From contig JBBSYZ010000013.1 of assembly GCA_038045005.1 (NCBI GenBank), positions 1-42,867 of the forward strand: a stretch of DNA of 42,867 nucleotides. Direction: 5' to 3'. The notes beneath the pieces were generated by a model that was given only the letters and a program-made list of their open reading frames with translations, did no database searches and was not told the DNA's origin. The stretch is from Nanobdellota archaeon. Lineage in GTDB: Archaea; Nanobdellota; Nanobdellia; Woesearchaeales; GW2011-AR9. Shown here piece by piece: positions 32,426 through 41,447 of the stretch (position 1 is the stretch's first letter; every line of letters begins with the position of its first letter). The position numbers and the translations under genes were made by a program.

Positions 32426-33571
32426 TTATTCTTTCTCTTCCACACTTACTATATTCTTCTCAATTTTAAATCCGACCGGAAGAAATTTTTCGACGACATA
32501 CATGTTGGTCTGCGCATGCTTGCTGACTTCCCCCGCTTTCATCTGAGAACCAGGCAGCAGCCCCATGAACTGAATCAATTGGTCTGCTAAATGATACTCC
32601 ACCGCTGCACCGGCATCGATCTGCTTCTTCAATTCTCCGGCTGCTTCTTTGCCGATCTCTTCTGAACTTTTTTGCGGCTCTATCAACGCATCCCCCGCCA
32701 GGATAACTGGATTATCATAGTCAACTTTTCCTCCGGCGCTGAATATGCCCCAGACCAAAACTTCCCCGCCGATGCTTTCTGCTTTCGCATATTCCACCCT
32801 GATGTTGGCTGGAACGTTATACTGTTTAAGGCCGCCCAGCGCAGCATTTTTTATCCTGTCGCCGACATCTTTCTCCTGCAATTCCGAAGATACGTTGACG
32901 ATGCCGCGGATCTGTTCAAGTTTTCCCTGTTCCAGCAATAAGATTTTCTGGATTTTGAAAGGCAGCTCATCGCGGAGCGCAGAAAAAGATTCGTACTTGT
33001 GGAGATTAAACCGCGGGCTTATCTCCAAGCGGATCGATCCCAGGCCTTTAGGATAATATCCGCGCCTCAGGATCTTGATCTCTATTTTTTCCACAAAACG
33101 GTGAAGGTAGGGAAGAAGGATATTCTGCAGGTAATCTACGGAAGCCTGCCATTTGCCGCAAGTGCCGCCAGTGATATTGAAGGTGACTTTTCCCGGCGCA
33201 AAAAGGCTGGGGAGGATCAGCGCTTGCAATAATAAAGTGATGCTTCCCGCCGTGCCGATGTCAACATCATAAATCCCTTTCTTGATTTTTCCCGGTTTGA
33301 ACCAGAGTTCAGTAGAACCCATCTGCACTTCATTAGTCTCGGCATGGCATAATTCTTTCAGGGTTTTTATCGCTGTCAGATGCTGCGCTTTCAGCCCTGA
33401 ATCTTTTCTGCCTGAACGAATCTTAGTGACTTTAAATTCCTGGCCGGTCAAAGCTGAGAGCGCTAATGCAACACGTACGAGCGCCCCACCAGCCTCTCCG
33501 TAATTCCCATCAAGCTCGATTATTTTATTTAAATGTGTATTCTCCGCGCTTTGTTTTTTTGATAATGCCAT
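32426..33571 (-). CDS. rtcA: RNA 3'-terminal phosphate cyclase
   Basis: IELDGNYGEAGGALVRVALALSALTGQEFKVTKIR...GLKAQHL. Confidence 0.9.
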   Translation of the reverse strand: MALSKKQSAENTHLNKIIELDGNYGEAGGALVRVALALSALTGQEFKVTKIRSGRKDSGLKAQHLTAIKTLKELCHAETNEVQMGSTELWFKPGKIKKGIYDVDIGTAGSITLLLQALILPSLFAPGKVTFNITGGTCGKWQASVDYLQNILLPYLHRFVEKIEIKILRRGYYPKGLGSIRLEISPRFNLHKYESFSALRDELPFKIQKILLLEQGKLEQIRGIVNVSSELQEKDVGDRIKNAALGGLKQYNVPANIRVEYAKAESIGGEVLVWGIFSAGGKVDYDNPVILAGDALIEPQKSSEEIGKEAAGELKKQIDAGAAVEYHLADQLIQFMGLLPGSQMKAGEVSKHAQTNMYVVEKFLPVGFKIEKNIVSVEEKE

Positions 33572-34796
33572 TTTCGCAAAAATACTTCAAATATCTTCCT
33601 GCTAAGTCAAAACTTCTTCCAGTTTTAACTATTTCTCTTCCAACCTCGCCGAAAGCAAAGTGCCCTTTCTCTTTATAAAATCTCTGCATCACTTTCAGGG
33701 CGTGTTTTTTCCCCTCCCCATTAGGAAGCTTTTTATGTTGATAAGAGGTAAGGGCTTTACTTAATTTTTCCTTTTTATCATTTACTGTAAAGTTAATATG
33801 TTTGTGAAAATTTTGTAAGCTATCTTGGTTGCCAAGCTCTATTTTCCATTTAGCAGTAATGTTATTTTTCTTGGATAGGTAAATCCCATCTGGATAAGTT
33901 TTTGTTTTAATCCCAAAATTAGAAAGTAAAAGAGCTTCACCTTCTAACAAATTATGTTTTATCATTTTGGGCATATCTATAGTCCTTATCCATTGTTCAC
34001 GAATGTTTGGATTTCTTAGTTTACCCGTAACATCTGTGCTTCTTACTAATCGAATCGTTCTCTTGTTGTGCTTTAAATCGAAACGCATATAGGCTTCGTC
34101 ATCAAACGCTCTCCTGAGATAAGCAGCTTGCATTTTTCTCCCTCCAAGAAGGATATCTCTCGGTAGATAAGGATTAATTTTTCCTTTATCGCCTCTTGGA
34201 ACGCCACTTAGCACTAAAGCAGTCCCTATTGCTGCGGGAAATCTAGTCACATGGGTTTTATGACCAAAGAAAGTTTTTGTTTCAAGTTCTCCAAACGTTT
34301 CTTTACATATTTCAATAAGTCTTTGGTGAAGCTCAATTTCGTAGGCACAATACTGTAGAGGCTTAGTCGAATTTTTATCTATATGGCCATCGGATAAGAA
34401 AGCAGCCCTAATCTCTGCCCCATTACTATTGTGCAAATTGAATGGTAATTTTGGTCTAAAATTACTAGATTTTCCTAGTGTTACTATTTTCTCGTTTATT
34501 TCTTCAAATGGATATTCCAAATAAGTAGCAACTTTCTTTAAGGTTTTTAGGGTAGGATCCATAGCAAGATTACTACAACCAGAAATAGTCTTCCTACTTA
34601 TGTTTATTTTTCTTCCAAGCCCAGAATAATTGCCAGCTTTTTCTATTGCTTTTTCGAAAAATTTCTTTTGGAATTCTTTTTCTAAAACAACAAAATGGCC
34701 AGCATAAAGATCGTACCAGTGGATTAGAGTTTTATTTTTAGGACAAGAAACAAGGTATTCTTCTAAAGCTTGGCTTGATCTCATTTTAATCGTCAC
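33525..34796 (-). CDS. Free-standing double-motif LAGLIDADG-family protein with an N-terminal HTH and a C-terminal winged-helix-like extension
   Basis: Two motifs lie about 95 aa apart: IRAAFLSDGHI and LRRAFDDEAYM. The N-terminus has GRKINISRKTISG and the C-terminus ends GIIKKTKRGEYTF. It overlaps the rtcA start by 47 nt. Confidence 0.65.
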   Translation of the reverse strand: MTIKMRSSQALEEYLVSCPKNKTLIHWYDLYAGHFVVLEKEFQKKFFEKAIEKAGNYSGLGRKINISRKTISGCSNLAMDPTLKTLKKVATYLEYPFEEINEKIVTLGKSSNFRPKLPFNLHNSNGAEIRAAFLSDGHIDKNSTKPLQYCAYEIELHQRLIEICKETFGELETKTFFGHKTHVTRFPAAIGTALVLSGVPRGDKGKINPYLPRDILLGGRKMQAAYLRRAFDDEAYMRFDLKHNKRTIRLVRSTDVTGKLRNPNIREQWIRTIDMPKMIKHNLLEGEALLLSNFGIKTKTYPDGIYLSKKNNITAKWKIELGNQDSLQNFHKHINFTVNDKKEKLSKALTSYQHKKLPNGEGKKHALKVMQRFYKEKGHFAFGEVGREIVKTGRSFDLAGRYLKYFCENGIIKKTKRGEYTFK

Positions 34797-35069
34797 CCTA
34801 CTTATTCGAAACTATGTAAGTGATTTATATTCTTTGCCTGCACTTGACCAGTGCGGGAGTGGATAGAAGAAAACCACAATTTAGTAATTAAGATTGTCCA
34901 AGCATTAAAATGAAGAATTTGAGCCATAGCTTGGGACATTGTTTTTCCTAAAGAAAAACTTCGCCGTAGTTGCCGTCTAGGATTATCATCAACGAAAGAT
35001 ATTCACTGCCTGTTTTTATTATTTGCCATTCCAAAACCAAAAAATTTAATAAAATCAGTTCTATTTCCA

Positions 35070-35282
35070 GTGTTATCGATGGCTAAACCAATCAAACGTT
35101 TATATCGCAGCAGGAATGACCGAGTATTCGGCGGCGTCTGCGGCGGTATTGCACAATATTTAGATGTAGACCCGGTAGTGGTAAGGTTGATATGGGCAGT
35201 GTTCAGCTTAGTTTCTATGGGCATGGGGGTTCTTGCTTACCTTATCGCTTGGGTGATTATCCCGGAAGAACCACGGAGATAA
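35070..35282 (+). CDS. PspC-domain membrane protein
   Basis: KRLYRSRNDRVFGGVCGGIAQYLDVDPVVVRLIW followed by a TM segment. The ATG at 35079 is the more likely start. Confidence 0.8.
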   Translation: MLSMAKPIKRLYRSRNDRVFGGVCGGIAQYLDVDPVVVRLIWAVFSLVSMGMGVLAYLIAWVIIPEEPRR

Positions 35283-35335
35283 TCATTCCCATAACGAAAA
35301 TATTAATAAAAGAAAGGGCTTTTTATGAGTTTTGT

Positions 35336-35471
35336 GGGAACGTGGTGCAATCCGGCTAACATTGGGGCCTCCAGTAATGGAAGGTAGGCTTAACTTTCCC
35401 TGAAGTAAGCCTTAGATCTGGGAAATCACAACGAGATTTGTGGTTCAGAAATTCAAATCCCAGCGTTCCCA
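35336..35471 (+). tRNA. tRNA-Trp(CCA) with two putative introns: 33 nt at 37/38 and 29 nt in the T arm (about 53/54)
   Basis: Hand-folded. Acceptor GGGAACG/CGUUCCC plus A73; D arm GUGC..ACAU; anticodon stem GGGGC/GCCUU with loop CUCCAG^[33 nt]^A. The T stem CUGGG is separated from UUCAAAU-CCCAG by 29 nt containing the helix AUCACAA/UUGUGGU. The spliced length is 74 nt. Confidence 0.65.
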
Positions 35472-35494
35472 CCTTTTATTAAAAATCTATTGAA

Positions 35495-35728
35495 ATGAAA
35501 ATGACCTTAAAAGATATAATTAATCAATTTAAACTGGGAAGAGTGAGAGCTGAACAAGAAAATAAAGCATTCGAAGAGACCGGTAATTTTGAATATAGAT
35601 TCCATCAAGACATTTTTGATTTATGGAATAAACCTGTGAGCCATAATATTGCTTATTTTGCAGGCCTATTAAGCAATCCAAAAACCACCTATTACGAAAT
35701 ACTGCACAGCTTGCGTAACAAAGAATAA
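35495..35728 (+). CDS. Hypothetical 77-aa protein
   Basis: ORF only. Confidence 0.35.
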   Translation: MKMTLKDIINQFKLGRVRAEQENKAFEETGNFEYRFHQDIFDLWNKPVSHNIAYFAGLLSNPKTTYYEILHSLRNKE

Positions 35729-35772
35729 ATTTCTTTCTCGAAACGTATATAAACGCAAATAGTATAATCTAG

Positions 35773-36960
35773 TTGATGTTCAAAAAAAGAGGTTCCCCGG
35801 AAACTGGTTTCTTTGCCGAGCATAAGGCGCTTATAGCCATAACTACGTTGATCGGCACGATTGTCGGCGCGGGAATTCTAGCCATTCCCTACGTTGTTGC
35901 GCAAAGCGGATTCTTGTTCGGCCTGATTATCACCATCGCATTGGGCCTAGCTCTTCTGCTGGTCAACCTCATGGCGGGAGAAATAGTGCTGCGAACGAAA
36001 AAACAACACCAGTTGACAGGCTATGCCGAAAAATACTTGGGCAAATGGGGGAAACGATTAATGATGTTTTCCATGGCTTTTTCTATATACGGAGCGCTGA
36101 CGGCTTATCTGATCGGTGAAGGAGAAGTATTGAGAGCGATTTTTCGCTGGGGAGATCCTTTGTGGTACAGCATAATTTTTTTTATAGCGGTCTTCCTGAT
36201 TATTTACCGCGGGATTAAGGCGGCCGGAAAAGTTGAATTCCTGCTGATAGGAGCATTATTTATTATCGTAATCTTTATCGGTATTTTTTCATACGATGGC
36301 ATAAATACGAGCCGCCTCACTACGATAAATTTAGCAAAATTCTTTGTTCCATATGGAGTTATTCTATTTGCATTGATGGGATTTCCAGCAGTTCCGGAAA
36401 TGCAGGAAGTTTTGGAAGCGGAAAAGCGGAAAATGAAAAAGGCGATCATCATCGGCTCGATAATACCAATCATCCTGTACCTCTTTTTTGCTTTCGTGGT
36501 CATAGGAATTATCGGCCTGGAAAATTTTGAGCTGCTGGAACCAAATCAAAGAATAGCTACGGTAGCCTTAAGCATTTATTCTTCTCCGATACTAGGGATA
36601 TTCACCAATCTCATTGCCGTATTGGCCATGTTTACTTCCTTCCTCACGTTAGGAATCGCCATGATTGAAATGTATGAGTACGATTATTTATTACCGCGGC
36701 CTTTTGCTTTAGCATTGACGTTTTTGATACCTTTAGCTATCACTTTGTTTAAATTATCCACTTTTATAACTGTAATAGCTATTACCGGCGCCATCGCCGG
36801 AGGATTGCAGGGAATTATTATCATCGCTACTTTCTGGAAGGCCCGGATTTATGGCGAAAGAGAGCCAGAATATCGTCTAAGCGCGTATAAAATTCTTGGT
36901 TCTATGCTGATACTAATCTTCGCAGCAGGCGTGATAATGGAATTGATCCATATGTTCTAA
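35773..36960 (+). CDS. Amino-acid permease (Trp/Tyr-permease / Aa_trans-like)
   Basis: About 11 TM segments. The N-terminus LIGTIVGAGILAIPYVVAQSG is typical of this family. Confidence 0.7.
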   Translation: MMFKKRGSPETGFFAEHKALIAITTLIGTIVGAGILAIPYVVAQSGFLFGLIITIALGLALLLVNLMAGEIVLRTKKQHQLTGYAEKYLGKWGKRLMMFSMAFSIYGALTAYLIGEGEVLRAIFRWGDPLWYSIIFFIAVFLIIYRGIKAAGKVEFLLIGALFIIVIFIGIFSYDGINTSRLTTINLAKFFVPYGVILFALMGFPAVPEMQEVLEAEKRKMKKAIIIGSIIPIILYLFFAFVVIGIIGLENFELLEPNQRIATVALSIYSSPILGIFTNLIAVLAMFTSFLTLGIAMIEMYEYDYLLPRPFALALTFLIPLAITLFKLSTFITVIAITGAIAGGLQGIIIIATFWKARIYGEREPEYRLSAYKILGSMLILIFAAGVIMELIHMF

Positions 36961-37053
36961 ACTGATAACGACAGATTTTTTGGCTTTTCTTATCATCGAT
37001 TGTCACTATAAAATATATCTGCAACTTTTATATACCATAATGGTTATTTTGTA

Positions 37054-37326
37054 ATGGTGGTTAAAGAGAGGAGTGAGTATCAAATCGGGATTCTGGTAGG
37101 AACTATCTTTACTGGCATCAGCAGTCTGGCGCTGATGGGTTTCTTAGGGGCTTGGGGCGGCACTTATTACATCGAACAAAAAAACCTTATCAAGGAACAG
37201 GAGGAAGAAATCAGTGAATTGGAAAAAAGATTAGAAGAAAAAAATTGTCTGCCTTGCAATCAACCGCCTTGGCTTATTCCTTTTATTGAGCAATACCGGC
37301 AAACGCCGCCATACCAACCAAAATGA
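37054..37326 (+). CDS. Small membrane-anchored coiled-coil protein with a CxxC
   Basis: TM segment, then EQEEEISELEKRLEEKNCLPC. Confidence 0.4.
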   Translation: MVVKERSEYQIGILVGTIFTGISSLALMGFLGAWGGTYYIEQKNLIKEQEEEISELEKRLEEKNCLPCNQPPWLIPFIEQYRQTPPYQPK

Positions 37327-37456
37327 TTTGTAAAGTGTTTTTTTCATTTCGGACAGCGCTGAAAAGCCCCCTCTAGCCATATTCTGCAATATATATTTTA
37401 AGAAATATTTATATAGTGCTACTCTTCTGTGACAAAAGTAACATACTAATAAAAAT

Positions 37457-37900
37457 ATGGCTGATACCAACGATACTAATAAAGAACATATTGACGGGAC
37501 AAGATACATCCCCATAGGAGAATATGATAATTTACTGAAAAGTTACCATAAATTAGATGGGGAATTGCAGAGAGAAGTAAGCAATAAAAAATGGTTTGGA
37601 GCGGGAGCGGCCATACTTACTTTGTGGGGCAGTGCGGCATTATTTCTATCTGAATGTGATTGCCGCGGAAATTCTGATCCTGTTTCTGTTGACGCCGGAA
37701 TCTACGAAAGCGAAGACGGCTGTTACGGGCCAAAAACCGTCGAAAAACTAAAAGAACATATCGGCGAATTAGAAAAAAAAATGGAAGACTGCCAGACGAT
37801 AAACGAAGAATTGTCTAATCTGCTGAAAAATCTCCCTAAAAAAGATAAGCTGGTAACGTGCCCGCCGGTGAAAGAGTGCCCGTATATCAAACAATATTAA
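37457..37900 (+). CDS. Membrane-anchored coiled-coil, Cys-containing protein; similar layout to 37054..37326
   Basis: TM segment WFGAGAAILTLWGSAALFL, then KLKEHIGELEKKMEDC and a CPPVKECP tail. Confidence 0.4.
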   Translation: MADTNDTNKEHIDGTRYIPIGEYDNLLKSYHKLDGELQREVSNKKWFGAGAAILTLWGSAALFLSECDCRGNSDPVSVDAGIYESEDGCYGPKTVEKLKEHIGELEKKMEDCQTINEELSNLLKNLPKKDKLVTCPPVKECPYIKQY

Positions 37901-37928
37901 GATAAAACATTAAGAGATATAAAAAAAA

Positions 37929-39053
37929 ATGTTAGAAAAAATCACTGAGAAATTAATTTTCATCGCACCTCTTGCTGCCGCTCTTTACAGCAGCCCGGCC
38001 GGCGCTCAAACCAGCGCTCAAACTGAAGAAGATCTGGCGAAAGCGATGATCGAAACCAATACGGCTTATTTCATCAGCCACCCCCAGGATCAGCGGAAAA
38101 AAGACTGGGAAAAATATCTGGAACTGATCGGCCATGACGAAGAAATCGTAATCAAGCAGACCGAAGGAAAAACATATTTCGGGCTGGATGGATGGGGACA
38201 GGTCCTTGATCCGAAGTACCAGCAGATCTCCACTGAAAACGGTGTCCTGGACTTATCGGAAAGAATCCCAAATTATACCATTCCTAAATTTTCTATAGAA
38301 AAACCAGAAGACCGACATTATGCTTTTATGGGATTGCCTGAACTGCAGCAAGAGCCAAAGCAGGCAGATCCATTTGAAGAAACTTATACTGTTCCGGTAG
38401 CTATCGTTCCTGTTCCCGGCCCGGTTATCGAGAAAGAAGTGTCTGCCGGCGAAGTCAGCATCGGCGCAGGATATCTTCAGATCTATGCTGCAAGCGATGA
38501 AAAGTATGGATTCAACGGCCAGCTGTACGGCGGAAAAGCCTGGCTGACCTTTCAGCCCAGGGAGACAAGATGGTATTTCGGCCCGGAAATAGTGGCTTAT
38601 GGAAACAGCGCTTCTGCCGTGCAGAATGTTGAAATCCCGGCTAAGGACGGCCCTCTGACAGGAGAACTGACTTTGAAAGGAACTAATGAATACTCACTAT
38701 CTATTTTTGGTCTGGGAACCGGTTTTATCAGCGGCTATATGTTTGCTGCAAATGAAGAAAATATTTTTGGAGCAGGATTGGAACTGCATTCAGGAATCAT
38801 GCTGGATTTTATGGCTAAAGAATTGACGGAAAAATCTGCCTATTACATCAACGGAAATCTGGTGGAAGGCACATCTATATCTAACACCAGCGCCGATGAC
38901 GAAACCGCAGTAAATATGTACACCGAATTGGGAGCTAAAATCAAGCTGAGCGCTGTGTGCTTTGGCCCGGCAGTTGGCATGAGAACCAACTTCGGCAGGG
39001 TAGATCCCTTGTACAGCATGAGCATCGGATACTGCCCAAACAGGCAGAAGTAG
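37929..39053 (+). CDS. Secreted beta-rich protein of unknown function
   Basis: Signal-like N-terminus LIFIAPLAAALYSSPAGAQT. The C-terminal ~200 aa is Gly/aromatic-rich with alternating hydrophobic residues. Confidence 0.5.
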   Translation: MLEKITEKLIFIAPLAAALYSSPAGAQTSAQTEEDLAKAMIETNTAYFISHPQDQRKKDWEKYLELIGHDEEIVIKQTEGKTYFGLDGWGQVLDPKYQQISTENGVLDLSERIPNYTIPKFSIEKPEDRHYAFMGLPELQQEPKQADPFEETYTVPVAIVPVPGPVIEKEVSAGEVSIGAGYLQIYAASDEKYGFNGQLYGGKAWLTFQPRETRWYFGPEIVAYGNSASAVQNVEIPAKDGPLTGELTLKGTNEYSLSIFGLGTGFISGYMFAANEENIFGAGLELHSGIMLDFMAKELTEKSAYYINGNLVEGTSISNTSADDETAVNMYTELGAKIKLSAVCFGPAVGMRTNFGRVDPLYSMSIGYCPNRQK

Positions 39054-39069
39054 GGCGGACTGACAAAAC

Positions 39070-41283
39070 ATGAAATCGATCTACAAAGGAATAATCGCAC
39101 TTATGGTAATTTTGCTGTTAGTGGGAACTGTCGCTACCGGCGCATTTGCTAAAGTCAACGATACTTTATTTGACCCCGTGTGGGTGAAAAAAGAAGGCAA
39201 TGATTATGTCCCGATTGGAAAATACCAAGAGATATTCAATAAAGATTCAGCTACTTTTGAGACGGGATATTTTGGTTCGCTGGTAAGTTCAAATATCCAT
39301 CTGACCGTCCAAGTCAATAACAAGGATGGGCAGTTTGTCAGCACAGTCATCTCCAAGAATGTGAATATAAGTGATGGAATGAAATTAGAAAGGATCACCA
39401 TCGATCCTTCGCACTATAAGAAACCCGGAGAATATATTATCGTGACCAAACTGGATGACGGCACGGCAAATGGTGAAAGTGTGGATGCCAGTTTGGTATT
39501 AAAGGTTAAGAATAATCTGGTCGTGGATTCCGACGGCCCCGGTGTAATCATCCCGCCGAACCACAACCACGCTCCGGAAATGTGGGAAATAGAAGAAGAT
39601 AAAGCAATAGATGAAGGCGAATTCATCACCTTTACTGTTTCTGCGAATGATGAAGATAACGATAATTTGACTTATGAAGCGATTGGAGTGTACGAAGAAT
39701 TAGGTATGTATTTTCAACAGACGACTACCTCTTATGGCCGAGAGATAGGCGTATTTTCCTGGAAACCGGGATATGATTTCGTGGATCATCCCCACCTTAT
39801 AAAAAAGATTCAGCTGCGCTTCCGGGCTTATGACGGAGAGGATTACTCTGAATGGAAGGATGTAACCATTACCGTAAATGACGTAAATAGGCGCCCTATA
39901 TTCAGGCCGGTAGCTGACCAGACCATCAACGAAAATCAGCAGTTAAAAATTTCCTTATGGGGCCATGATGAAGATGAAGATGAACTGACCTATTCCTTCA
40001 ACAGAAGTGCTCTTCCCGGCGCTGAAATCGTAAAGAAAGGCAGAGATGACGCAGAATTGCGCTGGAAGCCGGATTATAACGCTGCTGCCAGAAGCCCTTA
40101 CCGGGTTTCGGTCATGGTCGAAGACGGATTCGGCGGGCAGTATTCCCAATACTTCACCATCACGGTGAATGATGTGGTTGTAGATGATGATTACGATGAA
40201 CTTGTCGCCAGCGACATCCTTACCGAAACTGATGAAGATGAAGAAATAACTATCGTGATGTCCTGCTCCGGCAGCCGAAATGAATTGACTTATGTTATAA
40301 ACGAAAATCCGGCGCAGGGAAGCATCTCACGTGTTTACGGCAACAAGGCAGTTTATGCGCCTAATGCGGATTATAATGGAGAGGATTATTTCACTTACTA
40401 TTGCGCTGACGATTCTGGAAGAAAGAGCAATACCGCTAAAGTATATGTCATCATCAACCCTGTGAATGATGCTCCCGTCGCTGTAAACGACGGCTCTGAA
40501 ACTTTGGAAAACGAATCGGTATTGATCCCCGTGCTTTCCAATGACTATGATGTAGACGGCGATGATTTAACGGTTACGGCAGTATCTGCAGCAGAAAATG
40601 GCGCAGCCGTGGTTGAGGGGAACGAGGTCAGATACACCCCTAATGAAGGGTTTGTCGGAATTGACCAGTTTAAATATATAGTCAGCGACGGCCAAAAAGG
40701 AACTACCGGCTTTGTCAGCGTCACGGTCAGCGAAAATACTGATGACGACGAAGAAGAAGAAGAAGAACCGACTTACCAATGTTCTGACGGCTTAGATAAT
40801 GATAATGACAATTATACTGATTACGGAGATGGTACGACAAATGATTCTGGCTGCGACAGCCTTGAAGATGACGATGAGCTAAATGAGGAAGATGAAGAGG
40901 ACGATGATGAAGATGACGGGGAAACCGATGAAGAGACTTCCCCGCCGCATTATAACCTAAAATTAAAATCAGTACTGCTGGCGCAGGAGCTGCTAAGCCC
41001 CGGCGAAGTATTGTTCATCAAAGTAAGGGCGTTCAACAACGGCTCTGCCGATCTGGATGAATTGAAAGTACGGGCTAAGATCTATGATCTGGGCGCATGG
41101 GGAAGCACCGGTGAATTTACGTTAGTCGTAGGCCAGGGAACCAGCAAGAATGTATATGTCCTGATCCCGGAAGATGCGCTATCCGGCCTTTACCTGGTCA
41201 AAGTGACAATAAGGAATTCGCATTACCACACTTCCGCTTATAGGCTGATGATAATCAGCGATCTTTGGAACACTGCCGGGTAG
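39070..41283 (+). CDS. Large secreted cadherin-like/Ig-like repeat surface protein with a D/E-rich linker and a CARDB-like C-domain
   Basis: Signal peptide. Repeats carry NDEDNDNLTY, HDEDEDELTY, VNDAPVAVND...DVDGDDLTV and YTPNEGFVGIDQFKY. It also has CSDGLDNDNDNYTDYGDG. Confidence 0.7.
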   Translation: MKSIYKGIIALMVILLLVGTVATGAFAKVNDTLFDPVWVKKEGNDYVPIGKYQEIFNKDSATFETGYFGSLVSSNIHLTVQVNNKDGQFVSTVISKNVNISDGMKLERITIDPSHYKKPGEYIIVTKLDDGTANGESVDASLVLKVKNNLVVDSDGPGVIIPPNHNHAPEMWEIEEDKAIDEGEFITFTVSANDEDNDNLTYEAIGVYEELGMYFQQTTTSYGREIGVFSWKPGYDFVDHPHLIKKIQLRFRAYDGEDYSEWKDVTITVNDVNRRPIFRPVADQTINENQQLKISLWGHDEDEDELTYSFNRSALPGAEIVKKGRDDAELRWKPDYNAAARSPYRVSVMVEDGFGGQYSQYFTITVNDVVVDDDYDELVASDILTETDEDEEITIVMSCSGSRNELTYVINENPAQGSISRVYGNKAVYAPNADYNGEDYFTYYCADDSGRKSNTAKVYVIINPVNDAPVAVNDGSETLENESVLIPVLSNDYDVDGDDLTVTAVSAAENGAAVVEGNEVRYTPNEGFVGIDQFKYIVSDGQKGTTGFVSVTVSENTDDDEEEEEEPTYQCSDGLDNDNDNYTDYGDGTTNDSGCDSLEDDDELNEEDEEDDDEDDGETDEETSPPHYNLKLKSVLLAQELLSPGEVLFIKVRAFNNGSADLDELKVRAKIYDLGAWGSTGEFTLVVGQGTSKNVYVLIPEDALSGLYLVKVTIRNSHYHTSAYRLMIISDLWNTAG

Positions 41284-41447
41284 TGCATGGATGTTCCTAC
41301 TTGATGATACTAAAAACCGAAATGTTTAAATAAGGCGGACATTTTTAACCATAAAACGCGTAAAAATGCTATCCTTCGGGAGAGCAGAGCGCTTTTTGAA
41401 AACATAACGCTCAAAACCTTGAAAAAAGGATTTGGAGGAGACTAAAA

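Noticed and set aside
34844-34903. Additional near-copies of the TTGTCCAGTGC motif (TTGACCAGTGC at 34844-34854, TTGTCCAAGC at 34894-34903), which would suggest a regulon linking the LAGLIDADG/HTH gene to the ThiF operon.
   Set aside because: Each has a mismatch. An 11-mer with one mismatch is expected by chance roughly once in about 86 kb of two-strand sequence, so the link is not supportable without a genome-wide motif test.
35003-35224. 73-aa minus-strand ORF opposite the PspC gene; likewise the many 60-130-aa antisense ORFs in the track inside infB, fba, rtcA, trm5 and others.
   Set aside because: They lie antisense to genes with strong family motifs, have low-complexity or Cys/Ser/Pro-rich translations, and lack SD or TATA context.
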